Assembly: GCA_942493095.1 (NCBI GenBank)
Contig: OW818675.1
Span: forward strand, 2,220,001-2,252,000
Length of the DNA: 32,000 bases
Direction: 5' to 3'
DNA from: Candidatus Electronema halotolerans
Lineage (GTDB): Bacteria; Desulfobacterota; Desulfobulbia; Desulfobulbales; Desulfobulbaceae
A program made the position numbers and the translations under genes. The stretch's first letter is position 1, and every line of letters begins with the position of its first letter. The notes beneath the pieces were generated by a model, which made no database searches, was not told where the DNA came from, and was given only the letters and a program-made list of their open reading frames with translations. Shown piece by piece: positions 9,256-17,494 of the stretch.

Positions 9256-9621
9256 ATGAGCAAACGGGTTCTGGTTGTCGATGACTCTTCGATGATGCGC
9301 AAGATGATTGTCAAGCTGCTCCAGCCGCCAGGGCACATTGTCGTCGGGCAGGCCAAGAACGGCATCGAGGCCATCCAGCTCTACAAGGAGTTGAAGCCGG
9401 ATATTGTGACTATGGATATCACCATGCGCGACATGGACGGACTTGAGGCGGCCAAGGAGATTCTCCGCCACGACAAGGATGCCCATATCATCTTTCTCTC
9501 CAATTTGGATGAGGAGATTTACCGGGCTGAGGTGGAGAAGCTCGGCGCGCTCGGTTTTGCCAGCAAGCACAAGGCCAAAGAGATTCTGGAAATGATTGAG
9601 GAGGAGGACGGAAAGCACTGA
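9256..9621 (+). CDS. cheY: Single-domain response regulator, CheY-like
   Basis: 121-aa ORF with VLVVDDSSMMRK, DIVTMDITMRDMDG (phospho-acceptor Asp), IIFLS and FASKHK. It starts 6 nt after cheW. Confidence 0.9.
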   Translation: MSKRVLVVDDSSMMRKMIVKLLQPPGHIVVGQAKNGIEAIQLYKELKPDIVTMDITMRDMDGLEAAKEILRHDKDAHIIFLSNLDEEIYRAEVEKLGALGFASKHKAKEILEMIEEEDGKH

Positions 9622-9623
9622 GG

Positions 9624-10268
9624 ATGGATGGGGAGGAGCGGCTGCCGCCTCAGAACGGCGGCCCCGCGCATCTGAAGAAACCTTGTCACGGATTTTCGCC
9701 TATGTCCACCTTGTTCCGGGCGGCAGAGAGCCTGAGCCTGAAGACGAGGGCCTTTTTTTTCTATGGCCTGACCGTCCTGCTGACCCTGCTTGCCGCAGCC
9801 GGGGTTGTCTATGAACACGGCCTGACTCTGCTGCTGCTCGCACTGCTCATAGCTGTTCAGACTGCGGCCTTGTTTGTTTTTCATCATTATGTGCTCAAGC
9901 CGCTTGCCCATGTCCATGCCGCCACCCGGCAGATGACAGACGGCCATCTGGACATCTTGGCCCGCATCGCCCGGCAGGATGAGATAGGCCGTCTGGGAGA
10001 GAGCATCAATGATCTGGCAGTTAACATGCAGGAAGTGCTGCTTTTTGTCTGGAACCACAGTCAGCAGAGCCGCGAACTGTTCGACCAGACCGCTGAACGG
10101 CTGGCTGCGCCGGAGCCGCTGCCGACCATTCAGGATAATTTAAAAAAAATGCGCCAGAACAACGAAGATTTGAAGGCCATTGTCCTGTCCTTCAGTTATT
10201 TTGAGATCCGGCTGGAGCATGAACGGATGCTGGCCGAATCTGACTGCGGCAATGACGGACAGGGCTGA
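9624..10268 (+). CDS. Membrane protein with two TM helices and a HAMP domain but no recognisable output domain
   Basis: 214-aa ORF. TM helices are FFFYGLTVLLTLLAAAGVV and LTLLLLALLIAVQTAALFVF. A HAMP-like segment follows (LKPLAHVHAATRQMTDGHLDILARIARQDEIGRLGESINDLAVNMQE), then a ~80-aa helical tail. The start is uncertain: ATG 9624 lies 2 nt after the cheY stop, and the alternative is ATG 9702 (MSTLF...). Confidence 0.65.
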   Translation: MDGEERLPPQNGGPAHLKKPCHGFSPMSTLFRAAESLSLKTRAFFFYGLTVLLTLLAAAGVVYEHGLTLLLLALLIAVQTAALFVFHHYVLKPLAHVHAATRQMTDGHLDILARIARQDEIGRLGESINDLAVNMQEVLLFVWNHSQQSRELFDQTAERLAAPEPLPTIQDNLKKMRQNNEDLKAIVLSFSYFEIRLEHERMLAESDCGNDGQG

Positions 10269-10359
10269 AAAAAAAGAGAACGCAGCGCAGCAGCCAGCAA
10301 GAGTCGCGCCGGAGAGGCCGTAACAACTCGGATTGTCAAACTGTACCAGGGTGATCAAG

Positions 10360-13300
10360 ATGATAGACACGTCAATGCTGCCTGATTTTATCATTGAGGC
10401 GCAGGAACATCTGGAGGAGATGGAAGGCAGCCTGCTTCGCCTTGAGCAGCATAAGGGCGGGGACTATCGGGAGATTATGGATGAAATCTTTCGCTCCGCC
10501 CACACCATCAAAGGCGCGGCCCAGTTTGTCGGCATTGACCGGATTGCTGAACTGTCTCACAAGCTGGAAAATCTGCTGGACCTGATCCGCAAGGGCGCGC
10601 AGTCGCTGACCCCGGCGGTCACAGACCTGCTGATTGAGGGCAAGGACCGAATCACCCAGTTGGTCGAGGAGCTGGAAAGCAGCCAGAATGAGGAGTCTGA
10701 GGTGGAGGATCTGCTGATCCGCATCCGCCGGATTGTTGAAGGAGATGCTGCCGAAGAGCCGGAGGAGACAGCTGAAGCAGTCCCGCCGGAGCCGCCTGCC
10801 GAGGAGGAGGAAGAGGAGCCGCAACGTGGCTCGCTGGCTGAAGAAAGCATGAATGAGGAGCATGATGAGGAGCTGTACAACATCTTCCTCCAGCAGCTCA
10901 AGGAAAATATCCCGTTCCTCTATGCGCAGACAGTCGAGCTGTCCCTGTCCGTTGACAAGCAGGATGTGCTCTACCGGTGCGGCGACTCCATCAAGAGCCT
11001 GAAGTCTTCAGCCAATTACATGGGCTATGAAAAGCTGGCCAAGCACTATTCCGACTGGCAGACGGAAATCAGCCGGGCCATTGAGCAGCTCTCCTCCGGC
11101 AAGATGCCTGATCTTGCCTTTATGCAGGAATATATTGATGAAATTATCCGTTCCTTCCCGCAGGCCATGGAAGGCTACGAGCAGGAGGAGAACAAGGGGT
11201 ATGAGGGTGGTCCTCTCCTCCGGCAGGATGAGGCGGCAGTGGAGTCGGATTTTGACCGCTTCTTTGATCAGTCCGATGATGAGGAAGATGAGGACGAAGC
11301 TGCCGCGCCTGCGGAGCCATTGGCCACGGATCTGGATGAAGCCTTGAAAAGCATCTTCTCTGAGGAGGATGAAGAGTCGGAGCTGCCTGCCTCGTCGTCG
11401 GCATTTGTTCCTGCCTTGGCTGAGGAAGAGGAGGAGGAGGACAGCCCTGCTGCTGCCGCGTCTTCTCCGGCGCAGGCGGCGGAACTTCCTCAACTGAAAC
11501 ATGAGATGGACGGGGAGGAGCATGACCAGGAGCTGGTCTCCATTTTTTTAAGAAAACTCCAGACAGATATCCATTTTATCAAGAGCCAGGCTGAACAGCT
11601 TCCTGCTGCTGCGGACAAGCAGGCGCTTGTGCAGGACTGTCAGGACGCGGTGGCTCGGCTGGCTTCTTCAGCCAATTACATGGAATATCAAAGTCTGGCC
11701 ACTTTTTGCAGCGTATGGCGGCAGGCCTTGCAGGAAGATGCGGAACGGCTGGACACTGATGAGGACACTGAACAGGCTGTTGCCACCCTGCGCCGTTTTG
11801 CAGAAGAAATTATTCGTGTTTATCCGCAGGCGGCGGAGAACGACAGAGCTGAGGAAAAACAGCCGCAGAAGGCTGAGGCCAAGGAGCCTGCTGCGGCCAA
11901 GGTTGAGGAGCAGCCGCCTGCCAGTGCTGCTCCGTCTGCTGAGGAAAAGCAGGACGACGCTGACGAAGAAGTGCCTCCGCTGCCGCCTCAACCTGCTGCT
12001 GAGGCTGAGGAGGAGCAGGAGGAGACAGCGGAAGATGATCAGGAGCTGTTCAGCCGCCTCAGCAGTGCCTTGGAGCAAAACATGTCCCAAAGCGGCACGG
12101 CCCTGCCTGATGATCATGTTGACAGCGTGATTGAGCAGATCATGGACAAGCAGGATGGCAAAGAGGTGGCTGCGCCAGTGCCTCCGCCTGAAGCGGATGA
12201 GGGAGAGGAGCTGGCTGAAGGAGCCGCTGCCCTGCTCTCCAAGCCGCAGCCTTCGCCAGCGGAAAAAAAGAAAAAAGCATTGCCAGCCGCTGTTGCTACT
12301 CCGCCGCAGGAGGAGAAGAAGGCGGATGCGCAAGAGCCGAAGTCTGAAGCCGAGAAAAAGGAGCAGGCGCAAGCTGATCATGCCGTGCCTGAGCCGCCTG
12401 CTGCGGCCAAAAAAGTCACGACAGACGAGAAGTCGGAACAGCCGCTTGTTCCTGATGCCTTGGAGGAAGAGGCTGGAGAGGAAGAGGCGGAAGCTGAAAC
12501 AGAGGAGAAGCAGGCCGCAAGCACTGCGAAAAAGCCGAGCGCCCGCAGCAGCATCCGAGTTGATGCCGACAAAATCGACTACCTGATGAATCAGGTCGGG
12601 GAGCTGGTTGTCAGCAGGGCCTATTTCGCCCAGTTAGTCAACGAGATGCGCAGCTTGCAGCAGGAGCTGATGGAAAAATCCCGTCTGAGCAAAGGCGAGA
12701 TGAAGCCGCTGCATGAATTTGCCTTCCGTCTCAGCGAGGCAGGCGTGCATCTGGGCCGGGTCTCGAACGAGCTGCAGGAAGGCGTGATGAAGATCAGAAT
12801 GCTGCCCATAGAGCAGCTCTTCAAGCGCTATCCCCGGCTGGTACGCGATCTGACCCACCGGACAGACAAGGATGTCCGCCTGATCACCAAAGGCGAGGAA
12901 ACTGAGCTGGATAAAATGGTCATCGAATCCATGTCTGATCCGCTGATCCATATTATCCGCAATGCGGTCGATCATGGCATTGAGACCACAACGGAACGGA
13001 AACAGCTCGGCAAGCCCGCGCAAGGCTCGCTGCTTCTCGAAGCCTACCACGAGAGCGATCATATTGTCTTGGAAATCACTGATGACGGCAGAGGCATCGA
13101 CCCGCAGCGCATCCGGGCCAAGGCGGCGGCAAAGGGCCTGTACACCAGCGAGGAGCTGGCCCGCATGTCTGATCTGGAAGTGCTCCGCATCATCATGGAG
13201 CCGGGCTTCAGCACTGCTGAGAAGGCCACCGAGACCTCAGGCCGGGGCGTGGGCATGGATGTGGTCAAAAAGAACATCGAACGCCTGAACGGCATGATCG

Positions 13301-13869
13301 AGATCAGCTCCAAGCCTGGCAAAGGCACGAGGATGCGGATCAAGATTCCGCTGACCATGGCCATCATCCAAGCCCTGATGGTCCGGGTGGGCCGGGAGAA
13401 ATTCACCATTCCGCTGACCACGGTTGAGGAGACCCTGCGCATTTTCCGCCATGAAATTTCCGTGATCGAAGGCGTGGATGTCATCCATATCCGCGACATC
13501 ACCATGCCCATTTTCCGTCTGGACAAAATTTACCATATCAACCGCGCCGAGGAGGATGAGGAGAAAATGTTCGTGGTCGTGGTCAGCACCGGCACCCAAG
13601 AAGTGGGTTTGGTTGTTGATGAGCTCCTTGGCCAGGAGGAGGTGGTCATCAAGCCGCTCGCTGACTACCTGCGGCAGGAAAGCGGTTTTGGTGGAGCCAC
13701 CATTCTCGGTGACGGCGGCATCTCGCTGATTCTTGACATTCCTGAATTAGTCAAGCTGGCTGCTGACGATCAGGCCGACAGGCAGGAGGAGCGGGCCAGA
13801 ACCTACCAGCGCAAACGGCGGAAACGGGCAGCAGGCACTGAGGCGGCGCAGGCGCAGACTGCGCAGTAA
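10360..13869 (+). CDS. cheA: Chemotaxis histidine kinase CheA with one canonical Hpt, two His-less Hpt-like repeats, a long low-complexity linker, and dimerisation, HATPase and CheW-like P5 domains
   Basis: The ORF track opens at TTG 10333. ATG 10360 (MIDTSMLPDF) is preferred.
- Hpt: FRSAHTIKGAAQFVG, with the His codon CAC at 10501-10503.
- Dimerisation domain: SIRVDADKIDYLMNQVGELVVSRA.
- N-box: DPLIHIIRNAVDHGIE.
- G1: ITDDGRGID.
- G2: TSGRGVGMDVV.
- P5: ALMVRVGREKFTIPL...VGLVVDELLGQEEVVIKPL. Confidence 0.93.
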   Translation: MIDTSMLPDFIIEAQEHLEEMEGSLLRLEQHKGGDYREIMDEIFRSAHTIKGAAQFVGIDRIAELSHKLENLLDLIRKGAQSLTPAVTDLLIEGKDRITQLVEELESSQNEESEVEDLLIRIRRIVEGDAAEEPEETAEAVPPEPPAEEEEEEPQRGSLAEESMNEEHDEELYNIFLQQLKENIPFLYAQTVELSLSVDKQDVLYRCGDSIKSLKSSANYMGYEKLAKHYSDWQTEISRAIEQLSSGKMPDLAFMQEYIDEIIRSFPQAMEGYEQEENKGYEGGPLLRQDEAAVESDFDRFFDQSDDEEDEDEAAAPAEPLATDLDEALKSIFSEEDEESELPASSSAFVPALAEEEEEEDSPAAAASSPAQAAELPQLKHEMDGEEHDQELVSIFLRKLQTDIHFIKSQAEQLPAAADKQALVQDCQDAVARLASSANYMEYQSLATFCSVWRQALQEDAERLDTDEDTEQAVATLRRFAEEIIRVYPQAAENDRAEEKQPQKAEAKEPAAAKVEEQPPASAAPSAEEKQDDADEEVPPLPPQPAAEAEEEQEETAEDDQELFSRLSSALEQNMSQSGTALPDDHVDSVIEQIMDKQDGKEVAAPVPPPEADEGEELAEGAAALLSKPQPSPAEKKKKALPAAVATPPQEEKKADAQEPKSEAEKKEQAQADHAVPEPPAAAKKVTTDEKSEQPLVPDALEEEAGEEEAEAETEEKQAASTAKKPSARSSIRVDADKIDYLMNQVGELVVSRAYFAQLVNEMRSLQQELMEKSRLSKGEMKPLHEFAFRLSEAGVHLGRVSNELQEGVMKIRMLPIEQLFKRYPRLVRDLTHRTDKDVRLITKGEETELDKMVIESMSDPLIHIIRNAVDHGIETTTERKQLGKPAQGSLLLEAYHESDHIVLEITDDGRGIDPQRIRAKAAAKGLYTSEELARMSDLEVLRIIMEPGFSTAEKATETSGRGVGMDVVKKNIERLNGMIEISSKPGKGTRMRIKIPLTMAIIQALMVRVGREKFTIPLTTVEETLRIFRHEISVIEGVDVIHIRDITMPIFRLDKIYHINRAEEDEEKMFVVVVSTGTQEVGLVVDELLGQEEVVIKPLADYLRQESGFGGATILGDGGISLILDIPELVKLAADDQADRQEERARTYQRKRRKRAAGTEAAQAQTAQ

Positions 13870-13938
13870 GCAGGCGGCTTGCTGGTGAAGACGCAGGCTT
13901 CGCCTGTTCATCGCATGGAGGCTGAAAACAGGAGCGGC

Positions 13939-14970
13939 ATGGACAGAAAATATAAAGTTCTTGTGGTGGATGATGCCACCTTCATGACCAAGGCGATCAG
14001 CGATCTGCTGGAATCTGATCCTGAGATCGAAGTCATTGGCGTGGCGCGCAACGGTCTGGAAGGGCTGAAAAAAATCAAGGAGCTGCATCCTGATGTCATC
14101 ACGCTGGACATTGACATGCCAGTGATGGACGGACTACAGGCCATCCGGCACATCATGATCGAGTCGCCAGTGCCGATTGTGGTGCTCAGTTCTTTGTTCA
14201 GTGACGGCTCCATCACCTTTGAAGCCCTGCGGCTGGGCGTGGTTGATTTTGTCGCCAAGCCTTCCGGGGCCATATCAAGCGACATTCATGTGGCCAAGCA
14301 GCAGATTGTCGGCAGGATCAAATTAGCCACTGCGGTCAATTTTCAAAACATCCGCCGGGTGCGGGTCAAACCGCAGCCGCAGCAGGCAGGAGAAAAGGAA
14401 AATTCCAGCTTCAGCTCCATGCTGGTCATTGGCACCTCGCTCACCGGGCCGAATTCCTTTATTCGGCTGATGACCCGGCTGGAGGCGGGCCTTTCCGCCG
14501 CCGCCGTGATCATGCTGGAGATTTCGCCCAAGATTCTCCATGCCTTTGTTGAACGCTTCAATGAGTTCACAAGCTGGAAAATTGCTGTGGCCGAGCATGA
14601 CAAAATTCTCAAGCGGGGAGTCTGTTATATTCAGTCCAACCTGCATTCGCTGACAGTGGCGTTCAACGAATACGGCGATCCCTGCTTCAAAACCGGCGCG
14701 CCGACAACCAATCCCTTGGACACCTTGTTTGTTTCCGCTGCCGAGATATTTGCTGAAAAAACCGTCGGGGTGCTGCTGACCGGGTACGGTGATGACGGCT
14801 CTGAGGGCTTTGCCGCCATTCAGGCCAAAGGCGGTACCACCATTGTCCAAAGCGTGGAGAGCTGCATCTATCCGAATCTGGCGGCAATGGCCATTCAACG
14901 CAAGCTGGTGGACATGGCTGTGGAAGAGGACAAACTTGCTGAAGCCATCAGTTCAGTCATAAAAAAATAA
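13939..14970 (+). CDS. REC-CheB-type protein with the catalytic His replaced (His190-equivalent is Glu)
   Basis: The ORF track opens at TTG 13879. ATG 13939 (MDRKYKVLVVDD) has a CAGGAG motif 4 nt upstream. The receiver is canonical (DVITLDIDMPVMDG, VVLSS, DFVAKP). In the esterase domain, IGTSLTG retains the Ser, TQHMPPGF is MLEISPKI, and TGYGDDG keeps the Asp. Confidence 0.85.
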   Translation: MDRKYKVLVVDDATFMTKAISDLLESDPEIEVIGVARNGLEGLKKIKELHPDVITLDIDMPVMDGLQAIRHIMIESPVPIVVLSSLFSDGSITFEALRLGVVDFVAKPSGAISSDIHVAKQQIVGRIKLATAVNFQNIRRVRVKPQPQQAGEKENSSFSSMLVIGTSLTGPNSFIRLMTRLEAGLSAAAVIMLEISPKILHAFVERFNEFTSWKIAVAEHDKILKRGVCYIQSNLHSLTVAFNEYGDPCFKTGAPTTNPLDTLFVSAAEIFAEKTVGVLLTGYGDDGSEGFAAIQAKGGTTIVQSVESCIYPNLAAMAIQRKLVDMAVEEDKLAEAISSVIKK

Positions 14971-15012
14971 ACAGCTTCCGAACATGCCGGGCAGGCGGCA
15001 GGAAACAAGATC

Positions 15013-15927
15013 ATGATCATCACATGTGAACAGTGCAAGACCAGATACAAGCTCGCTGACAGCATGCTGGACAAACCGGAGCTGAAGGTGCGCTGTCATA
15101 AATGCGGCTTCCGCTTCACCGTGCAGCGTCCTGCTTTGGCTGAAGAGTCGATTCTGCTCCAAGATGAGCTGCATCCTGACTACAGCCGGATCATTGCGGT
15201 CAGCAATCAGAAGGGCGGAGTGGCCAAGACCACCACCTGTCTCAATCTTGGCGCGGCCTTTGCCAAAATGGGCAAAAAGGTCCTGCTGATTGACTTTGAC
15301 GTGCAGGCCAATCTGACCGTTCTCCTCGGCCTGCGCGGCGTGAAAACCTTTTACGATGTCTTGAGCGGCGGTGTCAAAAAAATTGGCGAGGCTGTGGTGC
15401 GGACCAAATATCCCAACATTTCCCTGCTGCCCTCCAGCAGCAGAATGGCTCTGCTGAAAAAACAGTATCTCAGCCAGCACAACTTTGAATACCTGCTCCG
15501 CGACCGGCTGAAAAGCATCCAGGACAACTATGACCATATTTTGATCGATACGCCGCCCTCGATTGAATTTTTCACCCTCAACGCCTTGGTGGCCGCCAAC
15601 TTAGTCATCATCCCAACCACCTGCGAGTATCTCTCCATGCACGGAGTCAGTCAGGTGCATGACATCATCAAAGTGCTGAAGAAACGAGTCAACCAGGACG
15701 TGGAATGCAAGGTGCTGATCACCATGCGCAACTCCAAAAGCACCTCGGAAAAGGTGATTTACGGCAAGCTGCGCCAGACCTGCGGCGACAGTCTCTTCAG
15801 AAGCGTGATTGATGCGGATGACCAGATGCAGGAATCCCATATTGTCAATGCCCCGCTCAGTTATTACGCGGAAAACAGCCGGGCGGCCAAGCAGTACATG
15901 CAGCTTGCTGAGGAAATTGCCGGATGA
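15013..15927 (+). CDS. ParA/MinD-family P-loop ATPase with an N-terminal MJ0042-type CxxC...CxxC zinc ribbon
   Basis: 304-aa ORF. The N-terminus MIITCEQCKTRYKL...VRCHKCGFRFTV is a zinc ribbon. It is followed by the deviant Walker A IIAVSNQKGGVAKTTT, then VLLIDFDVQANLT and ILIDTPPS. Confidence 0.85.
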   Translation: MIITCEQCKTRYKLADSMLDKPELKVRCHKCGFRFTVQRPALAEESILLQDELHPDYSRIIAVSNQKGGVAKTTTCLNLGAAFAKMGKKVLLIDFDVQANLTVLLGLRGVKTFYDVLSGGVKKIGEAVVRTKYPNISLLPSSSRMALLKKQYLSQHNFEYLLRDRLKSIQDNYDHILIDTPPSIEFFTLNALVAANLVIIPTTCEYLSMHGVSQVHDIIKVLKKRVNQDVECKVLITMRNSKSTSEKVIYGKLRQTCGDSLFRSVIDADDQMQESHIVNAPLSYYAENSRAAKQYMQLAEEIAG

Positions 15928-16688
15928 GCGCGCTTGCTGAAAAAATCGCCCCCTTTCTCTCCTTTACTGTTCTGATCATTGCCTGGGAGCTGGCGGTCCG
16001 TCTCGGCGGCCTGAACACCAATTCCCTGCCCAGCCCCAGTCAGGTTTTTCTCAGCATGATTGAGCTGATCCGCAACGGAGCCATTTTCAAGCACACCGTG
16101 GCCAGTCTCTTCCGGGTCACTGCCGGATTTTATTTGTCCGCCCTACTCGGCATTCCCATCGGCATCATTCTTGGCCGAAGTCAGACCTTGGCCATGCTCT
16201 TCAATCCGATCATTCATTTTCTCCGGCCCATTTCTCCGCTGGCATGGATTCCTTTAGCCATGCTCTGGTTCGGCATCGGCGATCAGCCAGCCATTTTTCT
16301 CATCTTTCTGTCCAGCTTTTTTCCGATTGTGGTCTCCACTGCCGTGGCCGTGCAGTCCATCAATCCGACCTATTTTCATGTGGCTGCCAACTTTGACTTC
16401 AGCCGGACCGAGGTGATTGCAAAAATTGTCATTCCAGCAATTGTTCCCGACATCATCACTGCCCTCCGTCTGACCGTGACCATTTCTTGGATCGTGGTGG
16501 TGGCGGCGGAAATGATCGCGGTGCAGTCCGGGCTGGGCTATTTGATTCTTGATGCCCGCAACGGCCTGCGCATGGATTATGTCTTGGACGGCATGATTGT
16601 CATCGGCCTGATCGGCATTTTTCTTGATGCCATCATGCGGCGGCTGGGCCAGATTGATTCCGCCTCCTGGGGCATCCGCCAGATGTGA
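15924..16688 (+). CDS. ABC transporter permease, NitT/TauT (nitrate/sulfonate/taurine/bicarbonate) family
   Basis: 254-aa polytopic ORF of SsuC/TauC/NrtB type (six predicted TM helices, ...VVVAAEMIAVQSGLGYLILDA...). The start overlaps the parA-like stop (ATGA). Confidence 0.8.
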   Translation: MSALAEKIAPFLSFTVLIIAWELAVRLGGLNTNSLPSPSQVFLSMIELIRNGAIFKHTVASLFRVTAGFYLSALLGIPIGIILGRSQTLAMLFNPIIHFLRPISPLAWIPLAMLWFGIGDQPAIFLIFLSSFFPIVVSTAVAVQSINPTYFHVAANFDFSRTEVIAKIVIPAIVPDIITALRLTVTISWIVVVAAEMIAVQSGLGYLILDARNGLRMDYVLDGMIVIGLIGIFLDAIMRRLGQIDSASWGIRQM

Positions 16689-16699
16689 AGGAAAGCATA

Positions 16700-17494
16700 A
16701 TGGGACATATTCAAATATCAGGCCTGAACAAGGACTTTGTCAATCGCCGCCACACCAAGCGCGACGATGACCCGGCCCATTTTGGCCAAGTGGTGCCGGT
16801 GCTGGAGGACATCAACATTGAGATTGAGGACGGCGAGATGGTCTGCTTCCTCGGTCCCTCTGGCTGCGGCAAATCCACCCTGATGCGCATTGTCGCGGGC
16901 TTTGACCGGCAAAGCTCCGGTTCGGTCAAGATTGACGGCCAGGAAATCACCGGCCCCAGCTCAGACAACATCTTTGTTTTTCAGCACAGCGGCCTGCTGC
17001 CGTGGATGACAGTCTGGCAGAATGTGGAGCTGGGTCTGCGCAATATGGAGGACAAAAACGAGCAGTGCGAAAAAATTCAGGAATACATCGAAATGGTTGA
17101 GCTGGAAGGCTTTGAGGATCACTATCCGCATCAGCTTTCCGGCGGCATGCTGCGCCGGGCCGAGCTGGCCCGCGCCTTGGTGGTCAACCCGGACATCCTG
17201 ATCATGGACGAGCCGTTCAGCGGCCTCGACTTCCTCACCCACATGAAGCTGCGCGAGGAAGTGGTCAACATGCACCAGTTTCTTGGCAAGACCATTCTTG
17301 TTGTCACCCACGACATTGACGATGCCTTGGTCATGGGCGACCGAATTATTGTCTTCAGCCGCAGACCCTCGCAGATCAAGATGAACCGCAAGCTCGACTT
17401 TCCCCATCCGCGCAATTTCTTCAAGAAGAATCACGGATTAGCCAAACTGCGGGATGAGCTGTTCTTCATGCTGGGAGTGAACTATGCGGTTTAA
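16700..17494 (+). CDS. ABC transporter ATP-binding protein, NitT/TauT family
   Basis: Walker A is GPSGCGKST, the signature is LSGGMLRRAELARAL, Walker B is ILIMDEPFSGLD, and the H-loop is VTHD. ATG 16700 is preceded by AAGGAAAG. The ORF track opens at GTG 16685, overlapping the permease stop. Confidence 0.9.
   Translation: MGHIQISGLNKDFVNRRHTKRDDDPAHFGQVVPVLEDINIEIEDGEMVCFLGPSGCGKSTLMRIVAGFDRQSSGSVKIDGQEITGPSSDNIFVFQHSGLLPWMTVWQNVELGLRNMEDKNEQCEKIQEYIEMVELEGFEDHYPHQLSGGMLRRAELARALVVNPDILIMDEPFSGLDFLTHMKLREEVVNMHQFLGKTILVVTHDIDDALVMGDRIIVFSRRPSQIKMNRKLDFPHPRNFFKKNHGLAKLRDELFFMLGVNYAV

Noticed and set aside
11008-12381. Long Arg/Leu/Ser-rich ORFs on both strands within cheA: 11008..11523 (-), 11668..12381 (-), 11627..12130 (+) and 12131..12586 (+).
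   Set aside because: They are by-products of the GAG/GAA/GCN-rich low-complexity linker of CheA. The compositional repetition keeps alternative frames open, and they have no independent coding signal.
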